NCBI GenBank assembly: GCA_963695985.1
Contig: CAVOIC010000001.1
Location: 33,188 to 97,187, forward strand
DNA length: 64,000 nt
Direction: 5' to 3'
Origin: an uncultured Gammaproteobacteria bacterium
Lineage (GTDB): Bacteria > Pseudomonadota > Gammaproteobacteria > Steroidobacterales > Steroidobacteraceae
In this document: positions 1 through 7,921 of the stretch, in pieces
Position numbering within the stretch: position 1 is the stretch's first letter
Layout: each line of letters starts with the position of its first letter
Made by a program: the position numbers and the translations under genes
Notes under the pieces: generated by a model
Told to the model about the DNA's origin: nothing
Databases searched by the model: none
The model's input: the letters and a program-made list of their open reading frames with translations, nothing else

Positions 1-1
1 C

Positions 2-1123
2 AAGGCGGGTACACGCAATCCCGTCCTGATGCTCGATGAGATCGACAAGCTGGGGGCCGGCATTCACGGCGATCCGTCGTCGGCGCTGCTCGAAGTGCTC
101 GACCCGGAGCAGAACAACACTTTTCGCGATAACTATCTCGGTGTGCCGTTCGATCTGTCCCGCGTGCTGTTCATCGCCACGGCTAACGTGCTCGATACGA
201 TCCCCGGGCCGCTGCGCGATCGCATGGAGCTCATCGAACTGACCGGCTACACCGAGGAGGAAAAAGTCGAGATCGCCAAGCGCTATCTCGTGCGGCGTCA
301 GCTCGAGGCCAACGGCCTCAAGGCCGAACAGGCCTCGATCACGGACGAGGCGCTGCGCCACATTGCGCGCGACTACACGCGCGAGGCCGGCTGTCGCAGC
401 CTCGAGCGCACCATCGGTGCGGTACTGCGCAATGTCGCGGTTCGCATCGCCGAAGGAACGCTCGTGCAGCGCACGGTCGAGCCGGATGAGTTGGACGCGA
501 TTCTCGGCGCACCGCGCTTCGAGAGCGAAACCGCCATGCGCACGAGCGTGCCGGGTGTCGCCACCGGGCTCGCCTGGACGCCGGTTGGCGGCGACATCCT
601 GTTCGTGGAATCAACGCGCATTCCCGGGAGCGGGCGCCTGATCCTGACCGGCCAGCTCGGCGACGTCATGCGTGAGAGCGCGCAGGCGGCGCTGTCGCTG
701 GTGAAATCGCGCACCGATTCGCTGGGTATCGATCCGCAGCTATATAAGAAGAGTGACCTGCATATTCACGTGCCGGCGGGGGCAATCCCCAAGGACGGCC
801 CCAGCGCGGGCGTCGCGATGTTCACCTCGCTGGTATCGCTGCTCACCAGCAAGACCGTGGCCAGCGATGTCGCGATGACCGGCGAGATCAGCCTGCGCGG
901 ACTCGTGCTGCCGGTCGGCGGAATCAAGGAGAAAGTGATCGCCGCACATCGCGCCGGGATCCGTACCGTGCTGCTGCCGGCGCGCAACCGCCGCGATTTC
1001 GAAGATGTGCCCGAAAGCGTTCGCAAGGAAGTCCGCTTCGTCTTCTGCGACCGGGTGGACGATGCGCTGCGCGCCGCGCTCGGCATCACGACGCCCGTTG
1101 CGGAGTTGCGGCCAGCGGTCTGA
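2..1123 (+). CDS. lon: Lon protease, C-terminal part (5' end lies outside the window)
   Basis: The reading frame is open from the window edge ([21 protein letters not shown]+ region). The Lon proteolytic domain is present with DGPSAG (catalytic Ser) and [14 protein letters not shown] (catalytic Lys). Stop TGA at 1121-1123. Confidence 0.95.
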   Translation, partial: KAGTRNPVLMLDEIDKLGAGIHGDPSSALLEVLDPEQNNTFRDNYLGVPFDLSRVLFIATANVLDTIPGPLRDRMELIELTGYTEEEKVEIAKRYLVRRQLEANGLKAEQASITDEALRHIARDYTREAGCRSLERTIGAVLRNVAVRIAEGTLVQRTVEPDELDAILGAPRFESETAMRTSVPGVATGLAWTPVGGDILFVESTRIPGSGRLILTGQLGDVMRESAQAALSLVKSRTDSLGIDPQLYKKSDLHIHVPAGAIPKDGPSAGVAMFTSLVSLLTSKTVASDVAMTGEISLRGLVLPVGGIKEKVIAAHRAGIRTVLLPARNRRDFEDVPESVRKEVRFVFCDRVDDALRAALGITTPVAELRPAV

Positions 1124-1156
1124 CGACGCGGCGCCCCGAGGCAATCTCGCGACCAA

Positions 1157-1183
1157 GGTGCGGCGCCGTGCAGGCGCCGCACC
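1157..1183. terminator. Bidirectional stem-loop between convergent lon and gfa
   Basis: Perfect inverted repeat GGTGCGGCGCC-gtgca-GGCGCCGCACC (11-bp GC-rich stem, 5-nt loop) lies in the 68-bp gap between two convergent stops. There is no clear U-tract. Confidence 0.5.
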
Positions 1184-1191
1184 TGAGAGTG

Positions 1192-1761
1192 TCAGGCGAG
1201 TACGCCTTTTGCCTTTGCCGTATGAGTCGCGATCGCGTCCATCAGCGGGGGCGATAGGCAGTCGTACGGCTCGAGCTTCAGCTCCTTGAGACGCGCCCGC
1301 ACTGCGCCCATCGTCTCCGGCTTGGCACCGGATTCGATGATCGACGATACGAAGGCGGCGAATTCCGGCGCCGCCCAGCCCTTGTCCTTCGACAACTCGA
1401 CGTGAACGAAGTCCAGGCCGTAGAACGGGTGCGACTTGTTCTCGATGCGGCCGTACATGTGCACGCCGCAGCCGGTGCAGGCATGGCGTTGAATCGTGGC
1501 GCTGGGGTCGACCACCTTGAGCTTTTGCCCGTTACTGGTCACGGTCACGTTGTCGCGGCCCACCACCGCGACCACTGAGAACAGGGCACCCTGCGGCTTC
1601 CAGCACTTGGTACAGCCACACGCGTGGTTATGAGCCACGTTGCCCTTGATGCTGACGGTGACCGGATTCTGTGCGCACTTGCACGTCAGGGTTCCACCCT
1701 TGAAGTCCTTTGATCCAGGCTTTACGCCGCCGTCGACGGCGGGATGAATTGAGATCGCCAT
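1192..1761 (-). CDS. gfa: S-(hydroxymethyl)glutathione synthase (glutathione-dependent formaldehyde-activating enzyme)
   Basis: From the internal ATG (cat at 1759-1761) the 189-aa product reads [12 protein letters not shown]...CKC...[13 protein letters not shown]...[14 protein letters not shown]...[14 protein letters not shown]...[12 protein letters not shown]. This closely matches the Gfa pattern I know from Paracoccus. The longer ORF-track N-terminus is Arg/Ala-rich and unlikely to be coding. Confidence 0.85.
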   Translation of the reverse strand: MAISIHPAVDGGVKPGSKDFKGGTLTCKCAQNPVTVSIKGNVAHNHACGCTKCWKPQGALFSVVAVVGRDNVTVTSNGQKLKVVDPSATIQRHACTGCGVHMYGRIENKSHPFYGLDFVHVELSKDKGWAAPEFAAFVSSIIESGAKPETMGAVRARLKELKLEPYDCLSPPLMDAIATHTAKAKGVLA

Positions 1762-2002
1762 AGCGGTTTGCCCCTCTTTAACGTTGTTGCTGGCGCGAGC
1801 CTCGCGGGCTGGTCCAGGCCGCGAAAGCGCGCGACCAGCACGGCTGCACGGCGCACTGTGGCGCGCAACGTCGTTCGATGCAAGCGCGCGTCCTCTACGC
1901 AGTTTCCGCAATGCACTAGGCAAAGGCGCGCATGTCGTGAGCTCGGCCGACCCGGCATGATCCTTTAGCAGTTGCCCCATGCGCAGAGGGAGGTAAGGAG
2001 CA

Positions 2003-2356
2003 ATGACCGCAGCGACAACCGGGCGCGAGATTCCCGGGACCCGCATTTTCGGCGCCGCCGAGGCTCGTCGCGGCTACGCGCTCAACCGCATGTGTTTCTC
2101 TTTCAACAACGCGGAGAACCGTGCCGCCTTTCTGAAGGACGAGGAAGCGTACTGCGCCATGTACGGCCTTGATGAAGCGCAGCGCGATGCCGTGCGCCGC
2201 CGCGACGTGCTGGCCCTGATCGAGGCGGGTGGCAACATCTACTACCTAGCCAAGCTTGCCGGCATCTTTAACCTGGATGTTCAGGACATCGGTGCGCAGC
2301 AGACCGGCATGACGGTCGGCGCCTTCAAGGAAAAACTCGTCGCAGCGGGGAAGTGA
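2003..2356 (+). CDS. ligA: Protocatechuate 4,5-dioxygenase alpha subunit (LigA family)
   Basis: The 117-aa product contains the LigA-type region ([31 protein letters not shown]...IYYLAKL). A strong SD (GGAGGTAAGGAG) precedes the ATG, and the gene lies 3 nt upstream of the beta subunit. Confidence 0.85.
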   Translation: MTAATTGREIPGTRIFGAAEARRGYALNRMCFSFNNAENRAAFLKDEEAYCAMYGLDEAQRDAVRRRDVLALIEAGGNIYYLAKLAGIFNLDVQDIGAQQTGMTVGAFKEKLVAAGK

Positions 2357-2359
2357 GCC

Positions 2360-3280
2360 GTGGCAAAGATAGTCGGCGCCCTGATGACGTCACACGTTCC
2401 GGCGATCGGCGGCGCAATCGCACGCGGAGTTCAGCAAGAGGCCTACTGGAAACCGTTCTTCGACGGCTTCGACGCCGTGCATGCGTGGCTCGATCGCGTG
2501 CGTCCCGATACGGTCGTGATCTTCTACAACGATCACGGGCTCAACTTTTTCCTCGACAAGATGCCGACCTTCGCGGTCGGCGCCGCGCCCGAGTACCGCA
2601 ACGCGGATGAAGGCTGGGGCTTGCCGGTCCTGCAACCCTTCCCGGGTGATCTGGACCTTTCATGGCACGTGATCGAGCAGCTCGTGCAAGCCGACTTCGA
2701 CATTACGACGTGTCAGGAAATGCTGGTCGACCATGCGTTCGTCGTACCGATGTCGCTGCTCTGGCCGGGTGCCGACGCGCGCCCGGTACGTACGGTGCCC
2801 ATCGCCATCAACACGGTCCAGCATCCAATGCCATCGGCCGCGCGCTGTTTCGCGCTCGGTCACGCGGTCGGTCGTGCCATCGAATCGTTCCCGCGCGATG
2901 CGCGCGTGCTCATCTTGGGAACGGGTGGCCTTTCGCACCAGCTCGATGGACAGCGCGCCGGGTTCATCAACAAGGAATTCGACCTGATGTGCATGGACAA
3001 GCTCGTCGACGATCCGGCTGCGCTGACCGGCTACTCGAACCCTGAGCTCATCGAGCTTGCGGGCACGCAGGGCGTCGAGCTCGTGATGTGGATCGCCGCC
3101 CGCGGCGCGCTGCTGCATGGCGCGCGCAAGCTCCACAGCAACTATCACATTCCGATTTCGAACACCGCCGCTGGCCTGCTGCTGCTGGAAAATCCTGCTT
3201 TCGGTACCCCCGAACAGTACGCCCTGTCAGTGCCGCTTGCAGCGACGGCGTCCCCGCCGCGCCAGCGCCCGCGCGTGTAA
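2360..3280 (+). CDS. ligB: Class III extradiol dioxygenase beta subunit (LigB family, protocatechuate 4,5-dioxygenase-like)
   Basis: The N-terminus MAKIVGALMTSHVPAIG and the pattern FYNDHG...GTGGLSHQL are typical of LigB catalytic subunits. The gene is tightly linked to ligA. Confidence 0.85.
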   Translation: MAKIVGALMTSHVPAIGGAIARGVQQEAYWKPFFDGFDAVHAWLDRVRPDTVVIFYNDHGLNFFLDKMPTFAVGAAPEYRNADEGWGLPVLQPFPGDLDLSWHVIEQLVQADFDITTCQEMLVDHAFVVPMSLLWPGADARPVRTVPIAINTVQHPMPSAARCFALGHAVGRAIESFPRDARVLILGTGGLSHQLDGQRAGFINKEFDLMCMDKLVDDPAALTGYSNPELIELAGTQGVELVMWIAARGALLHGARKLHSNYHIPISNTAAGLLLLENPAFGTPEQYALSVPLAATASPPRQRPRV

Positions 3281-3323
3281 CCTTCTCCCTCAGGTTGCAC
3301 GCCGGGCGTTGTGCGCCGGCGAT

Positions 3324-3428
3324 TTACTCCGACGTTGCATCGCGTTCGCCAACTTCGTACCAGATGGCGTTCAGCACGCCAAAAGCCAGGGCGAAAGCGA
3401 GTCCGAGAATCCAGCTGAAGTACCACAT
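3324..3428 (-). CDS. cydX: Cytochrome bd oxidase small subunit CydX (34 aa, not in the ORF track)
   Basis: The reverse strand reads ATG TGG TAC TTC AGC TGG ATT CTC GGA..., giving MWYFSWILGLAFALAFGVLNAIWYEVGERDATSE then TAA. The MWYFxWILG start is the CydX signature. A GGAG sits 9 nt upstream, and the ORF starts 18 nt after the cydB stop. Confidence 0.8.
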   Translation of the reverse strand: MWYFSWILGLAFALAFGVLNAIWYEVGERDATSE

Positions 3429-3446
3429 GAGTGCCTGCTCCGCAGA

Positions 3447-4580
3447 TCAATAGAAACCAAGGTGACGCCGTATTTCCTCCAGGGTGATCCGGCCACGCAA
3501 CACCCGAAACGTCCATGCCGTGTAGGCGAGCACCACCGGCAGCAAGACGATCACCGCGATCAGCATGATGGTCAGGGTCTTCGCGCTGCTGGAAGCGTCC
3601 CAGACCGTGAGCCCGTGGCCTGGGTGGGTGGAGGAGGGCATCAGGAATGGAAACAGCGCGATGCCTGCAGTTAGGATCGTGCCCGCCTGAGTGATGGCGC
3701 TCGCGAGAAAGGCGAGGCTCGAACGTCCGGAGCGCAGCAGCAGTTGCGCGAACAGCGCTCCCGCCACGGCGCCCGCCGGCGCCAACCACAAAAGGCCGTG
3801 CGCGCGAAAGTTGGCGAGCCATGCCCCACGTTCGACGATTACGTCTTTCAAGATCGGATTCGAAGGAGCGCTGGTGTCTATCGCCGACATGATGCGCTGA
3901 CCGTCCAGGGCACTGACCCAAACACCGGCCGCGATGAAGGCAATGACGAACACCAGCGCTGCCCAGCGGCCCACCGTGGCTGCGCGCCGGGCAATCGAGG
4001 CATCGACCTTGCCGGCTGCGTACACGGCACCGTGCAGGATGAACATCGACAGACTCACAAGCCCGCACAGTAACGCGAAGGGGTGCAGCAGGTTAAGAAA
4101 GCCCCCCGCGTAGAGTGGACGCTGCAGCTCATCGAAGTGAAACGGAATGCCGAGGAACAGGTTGCCGAAGGCGACGCCGAACAGCAGCGCAGGTACAGCG
4201 CCGCCGACGAACAAGGACCAGTCCCAGACGTTGCGCCATGCCGGGGCTGACAGCTTGCCGCGAAACGCGAAACCGACCGGCCGCAGAATCAGCGCGACCA
4301 GCACCAGGAACATGGCGAGATACAGCGCCGAAAACGACGCCGCGTACAGCAGCGGCCATGCCGCAAAGGCGGCACCACCGCCGAGGATGAACCAAACCTG
4401 GTTACCCTCCCACACCGGTTCGATCGATTCGAGCAGCGCGCGGCGCTCTTCGTCCGTGCGGCCGACGAAACGGAAGATCGCGCCCACACCCATGTCGAAC
4501 CCATCGGTCACGGCGAATCCGATGAGGAGCACGCCGAGAATCAGCCACCAGATCAGACGCAGGGTTTCGTAGTCGAGCAT
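3447..4580 (-). CDS. cydB: Cytochrome bd ubiquinol oxidase subunit II
   Basis: The 377-aa polytopic membrane protein starts MLDYETLRLIWWLILGVLLIGFAVTDGFDMG, which is typical of CydB. It lies immediately downstream of cydA. Confidence 0.95.
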   Translation of the reverse strand: MLDYETLRLIWWLILGVLLIGFAVTDGFDMGVGAIFRFVGRTDEERRALLESIEPVWEGNQVWFILGGGAAFAAWPLLYAASFSALYLAMFLVLVALILRPVGFAFRGKLSAPAWRNVWDWSLFVGGAVPALLFGVAFGNLFLGIPFHFDELQRPLYAGGFLNLLHPFALLCGLVSLSMFILHGAVYAAGKVDASIARRAATVGRWAALVFVIAFIAAGVWVSALDGQRIMSAIDTSAPSNPILKDVIVERGAWLANFRAHGLLWLAPAGAVAGALFAQLLLRSGRSSLAFLASAITQAGTILTAGIALFPFLMPSSTHPGHGLTVWDASSSAKTLTIMLIAVIVLLPVVLAYTAWTFRVLRGRITLEEIRRHLGFY

Positions 4581-4713
4581 GTCGCGACCCTCCGCTCAGC
4601 GCGCACCGGCCATTTGCGGCCGATCGGGCGCTGGCTGCGGCCAGTAGCCGAGCCCATCCGGCCCGAGCCGAATCATGCGCGTCATCAAATACGCATCGAC
4701 GGCGGCGAGGGCG

Positions 4714-6168
4714 CTATAGAAAACGAACGAAGCCCGTGAGCGACAGCCACACGTTCGTGGCCGTAGTCGTGGATACGCCGAGGAATGTGGGCAGCACTCC
4801 GTCTATGGCCCACGGTTGCCGTCCGTATTCGGCCACGATCCATCCGAGCTCGGCAGCGAGCCAGGGCAGCGGCAGACTCAGAAACGCGAGCCGCAGAAAC
4901 CATCGATTGCGCTCGAAGCCGTGGCTGGCGGAGAGGTAGAACGCAGCGCCGAACAGGAAAATGAAGAACAGCCCCAGCGCGACCATCACCCTGAAGCTCC
5001 AGAACAATACCGGGACGTTCGGTACCGTGGACCAGGCTGCGCGCGTGATCTCCTCGGGCGTTGCGGTCGCGGGGTTGGGCGTGTAACGCAACAGCAGCAG
5101 GCCGTATCCGAGGTCGGTCCGGTGCGCTTCGAACTCGGCCTGCGCCGCGACGTTGCCCGGATCGGCGCGCAGCGCCTGAAGCGCAGCGTGAGCACGCATG
5201 CCGCTTCCCACGCGCTGGCGCGCGCGTTCGACCAGCTCGTAGATGCCAGGTACCTCCTGGTCGAGCGAGCGCGTTGCAATCAACCCCAGCACCCACGGTA
5301 CCTTCAGTTCCGCGTGTGTCTTGTGTGCGGCGACGTCCGGCCATCCGAGCACCGTGAAGCCGGCCGGCGCCGGCTCGGTATGCCACTCCGCTTCGATGGC
5401 GGCGATTTTCATCTGCTGGTTTTCGCTTGCGACGTAGCCGGATTGATCGCCGAGCACGACGACGGACAGCGAGCAGGCAAGGCCGAAACTGGCCGCCACC
5501 GCCATGGAGCGTCGCGCCACCGCGAGATTGCGGCCGCGCAGCAGGTACCAGGCGCTCACGGCCAGCACGAACACGGAGCCGACGACGTAGCCTGCCGCGA
5601 CCGTGTGCACGAACTTCGCCTGCGCCACCGGATTGAAGAGCACCGCGCCAAAAGAAGTGAGCTCCATGCGCATGGTGCGGTAGTTGAATTCGGCTCCGAT
5701 CGGATATTGCATCCAGGCATTCGCCACCAGTATCCATAGCGCCGACAGGCTGGAGCCCAGTGCCACCAGCGCAGTAACGATCAGGTGTGCCACCTTCGAG
5801 AGTCGATCCCAGCCAAAGAAGAACAGGCCCACGAATGTCGATTCCAGAAAGAAGGCCATCAGTCCTTCGAGAGCGAGCGGGGTGCCGAAGATGTCGCCGA
5901 CAAAGTGCGAGTAGTAGGCCCAGTTGGTGCCGAACTGGAATTCCATCGTGACGCCGGTGGCCACTCCCATCGCGAAGTTGATGCCGAACAGCAGTCCCCA
6001 GAAGCGCGTCATGCGTTTCCAGATCTCGCGGCCGGTCATCACGTACACCGATTCCATGATGACGAGGATCATCGACAGTCCGAGCGTCAGCGGCACGAAC
6101 AAAAAGTGATACAGCGCGGTGAGGGCAAACTGCAGGCGCGACGGGTTCACCACAGCGAAATCGATCAT
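4714..6168 (-). CDS. cydA: Cytochrome bd ubiquinol oxidase subunit I, with the 3' end displaced by a +1 frameshift (corrected stop at 4596-4598)
   Basis: The N-terminus MIDFAVVNPSRLQFALTALYHFLFVPLTLG, GWDRLSK, a long Q-loop and the EYGRQPW motif are all present. The ORF stops after ...SLTGFVRFL. The adjacent frame continues with the canonical tail SFVFYSALAAVDAYLMTRMIRLGPDG... to TGA 4596-4598, 15 nt before the cydB ATG. Confidence 0.9.
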   Translation of the reverse strand: MIDFAVVNPSRLQFALTALYHFLFVPLTLGLSMILVIMESVYVMTGREIWKRMTRFWGLLFGINFAMGVATGVTMEFQFGTNWAYYSHFVGDIFGTPLALEGLMAFFLESTFVGLFFFGWDRLSKVAHLIVTALVALGSSLSALWILVANAWMQYPIGAEFNYRTMRMELTSFGAVLFNPVAQAKFVHTVAAGYVVGSVFVLAVSAWYLLRGRNLAVARRSMAVAASFGLACSLSVVVLGDQSGYVASENQQMKIAAIEAEWHTEPAPAGFTVLGWPDVAAHKTHAELKVPWVLGLIATRSLDQEVPGIYELVERARQRVGSGMRAHAALQALRADPGNVAAQAEFEAHRTDLGYGLLLLRYTPNPATATPEEITRAAWSTVPNVPVLFWSFRVMVALGLFFIFLFGAAFYLSASHGFERNRWFLRLAFLSLPLPWLAAELGWIVAEYGRQPWAIDGVLPTFLGVSTTTATNVWLSLTGFVRFL

Positions 6169-6434
6169 GGCGCTTCGCTCCGCGGGTCAGGGTGCGGGGT
6201 CGGGATGGCAGTTGGCTGTGCGGCGACGGCGAAACGACTGGCGGCGATGTGTGCATCGACGACTTGTCGCTGCGCGGGCGAGAAGAACAGTGCCCACAGG
6301 GTGAGCAGCAGGGCGAGCTTGGCGAGCACCAGCCACACGATCTCGGTTCGCAAGCGTCGTCGCCAGTTGCCGTGCAGTCCGCCAGCACTCACAAGAACGT
6401 CTCCGTTGAGCTCGTACGGGACGCGGGCTCTCAC
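6165..6434 (-). CDS. Small single-pass membrane protein upstream of cydA (possibly a CydP-like accessory subunit)
   Basis: The product has one hydrophobic helix (IVWLVLAKLALLLTLWALFF). Its stop overlaps the cydA ATG (ATGA, 6165-6168). Its GTG start overlaps the corrected rhomboid stop (GTGA, 6431-6434). Identity is uncertain and the start codon is uncertain. Confidence 0.45.
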   Translation of the reverse strand: MRARVPYELNGDVLVSAGGLHGNWRRRLRTEIVWLVLAKLALLLTLWALFFSPAQRQVVDAHIAASRFAVAAQPTAIPTPHPDPRSEAP

Positions 6435-7487
6435 CCGGCAATGTTACCGCGGCGCCAGTGACGCAGGGTGAGGTACGCGCCCACCATGCCTCCGAGGTGT
6501 GCGAAGTGCGCGATGCCCTGTGAGGTTCCGAAAATGCCGCTCACCAGCTCGACGAGTCCATACAGCACGACAAAGAGCCATGCCGGCATGGGTATCGGTG
6601 GGTATGAGCAGGATCACGGTGCGCCTGGGATAGAGCACGGCGAACGCCAGCAGAATCCCGAAGACACCGCCCGACGCCCCGACGGTCGGGTAGGGGGTCC
6701 CGCTGAAGTTGATCGATGTCACGGCCAGTTGTACCAAGGCCGCGGACAGCACCGCGGCGAGGTAGAGACTGAGGAAGCGACCGGTTCCCAGCGTGCGCTC
6801 GACATCACGCCCGAACATGTAAAGCCCGAACATGTTCAGCGCGACGTGAGTGACATTGGCGTGCAGGAAGGCCGACGTGAGGAGCTGCCACGGCTGAAAG
6901 CCGACCGTGGCCTGCAGTTCCGGCAGGAAATGCCGCCCCACCGGCCAGAGGGCAAAGTTCACCAGCAGCGCGTCGCCGTACCAGGCCTGCAGCGCAAAGA
7001 CCGCGAGGTTGATCAGGATGAGCAGGCGCGTCACGGCCGCCATCATACGATGCGCCCGCCCCAACGCGGGCGCGCGATCATCACCGCCGGCCCCGCTATG
7101 CGCGCACTTTTGCGACGCGTCCGACAGCAGGCGTCGCACTTCCTCCGCGGTCGCCCGCAGCGCAGGATTGCCGGTGCGCTCCATGGAAGCCACCGGATCG
7201 ACAGCCGCCACTTCGATCTGACCGTTGGCCGTCTCGCGCACGATCACGTTGCACGGCAGCAGGACGCCGAGCTTGTCTTCGAGCTTGAGCGCCTCGTGTG
7301 CGAAGCGTGGATTGCAGGCACCGAGAATCCGGTACTTGTCGATCTGGGCGCCTATCTTTGACTTGAGGGTCGCCTGCACGTCGATGTCGGTGAGAACACC
7401 GAAACCTTGCTCCTTCAGACGGGCGGTGACGTCTGCAACGACCGCATCAAATGATCCGCTGACGGTCTTCGCGATGTAGTAGCTCAT
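6431..7487 (-). pseudogene. DUF302 domain joined in frame to a rhomboid intramembrane serine protease; the rhomboid part is frameshifted near 6599
   Basis: The N-terminal ~125 aa look like DUF302 (MSYYIAKTVSGSFD...YRILGACNP...LLPCNVIV). The rhomboid core follows (FLHANVTHVALNM, GASGGVFG catalytic Ser). After LLIP the listed frame becomes Arg-rich. The adjacent frame gives PIPMPAWLFVVLYGLVELVSGIFGTSQGIAHFAHLGGMVGAYL (catalytic His) and ends at TGA 6431-6433. The ORF-track coordinates are 6444..7487. Confidence 0.8.
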
Positions 7488-7509
7488 GAACTGCTCCTGC
7501 TGACCAGAG

Positions 7510-7854
7510 TCAGCGCCGGCAAAACTCCTGGTGCAACACTCCGATCAGCCTCGTGACGACGCCCGGCGGCAGCGAGTAGAGAATGCTCTGTGCGGTACGA
7601 TTGGTGGTGACGACTCCGGACTCACGCAGCACCGCCAGGTGCTGCGACAAGGCGGACTGGCTGAGCGGCAGCCCTGCATTGATCTCGCCCACGGAGCGCG
7701 GGCCCTGGACCAGCTGGCACAGGATCATCAGACGTTGCTCGTTGGCAAGTGCCTTCAGCAGCTGCGCGGCGCCGCTCGCATGGGGACGCATGTCACGTGC
7801 AGCTCGCGCCAGCCTCAGCGAATCGGCAGCGGATCGGGAGCGGGTACCTCGCAC
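7510..7854 (-). CDS. ArsR/SmtB-family transcriptional regulator, two-cysteine SqrR/BigR-like type
   Basis: A winged-HTH core is present (LKALANEQRLMILCQLVQGPRSVGEINAGLPLSQSALSQHLAVLRESGVV). There are only two Cys, 66 residues apart. I prefer the GTG start at 7854 (GGAGG 6 nt upstream). Alternatives are GTG 7884 and ATG 7791. Confidence 0.85.
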   Translation of the reverse strand: MRGTRSRSAADSLRLARAARDMRPHASGAAQLLKALANEQRLMILCQLVQGPRSVGEINAGLPLSQSALSQHLAVLRESGVVTTNRTAQSILYSLPPGVVTRLIGVLHQEFCRR

Positions 7855-7905
7855 GCGGGTCCTCCGTTGGTCATCTCGCAGCACATCATAATAAGCACTA
7901 TCTAA

Positions 7906-7921
7906 ATTAGCAATTGCTAAT
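7906..7921. promoter_or_regulatory. Perfect 16-bp palindrome ATTAGCAATTGCTAAT in the divergent promoter region (candidate ArsR operator)
   Basis: The sequence is self-complementary. It abuts TATAAT (7921-7926, plus strand). It also covers a TTGCTA -35 on the minus strand that lies 17 nt from TATGAT (plus-strand coordinates 7885-7890). It sits in the only AT-rich patch of the region. Confidence 0.55.

Noticed and set aside
4685-6388. 567-aa ORF on the minus strand spanning the cydA region
   Set aside because: It lies on the same strand as cydA but in another frame. Its translation is Arg/Ala/Gly/Pro-rich with no family pattern, whereas the cydA frame reads as a textbook subunit I. This is a typical GC-rich shadow ORF.
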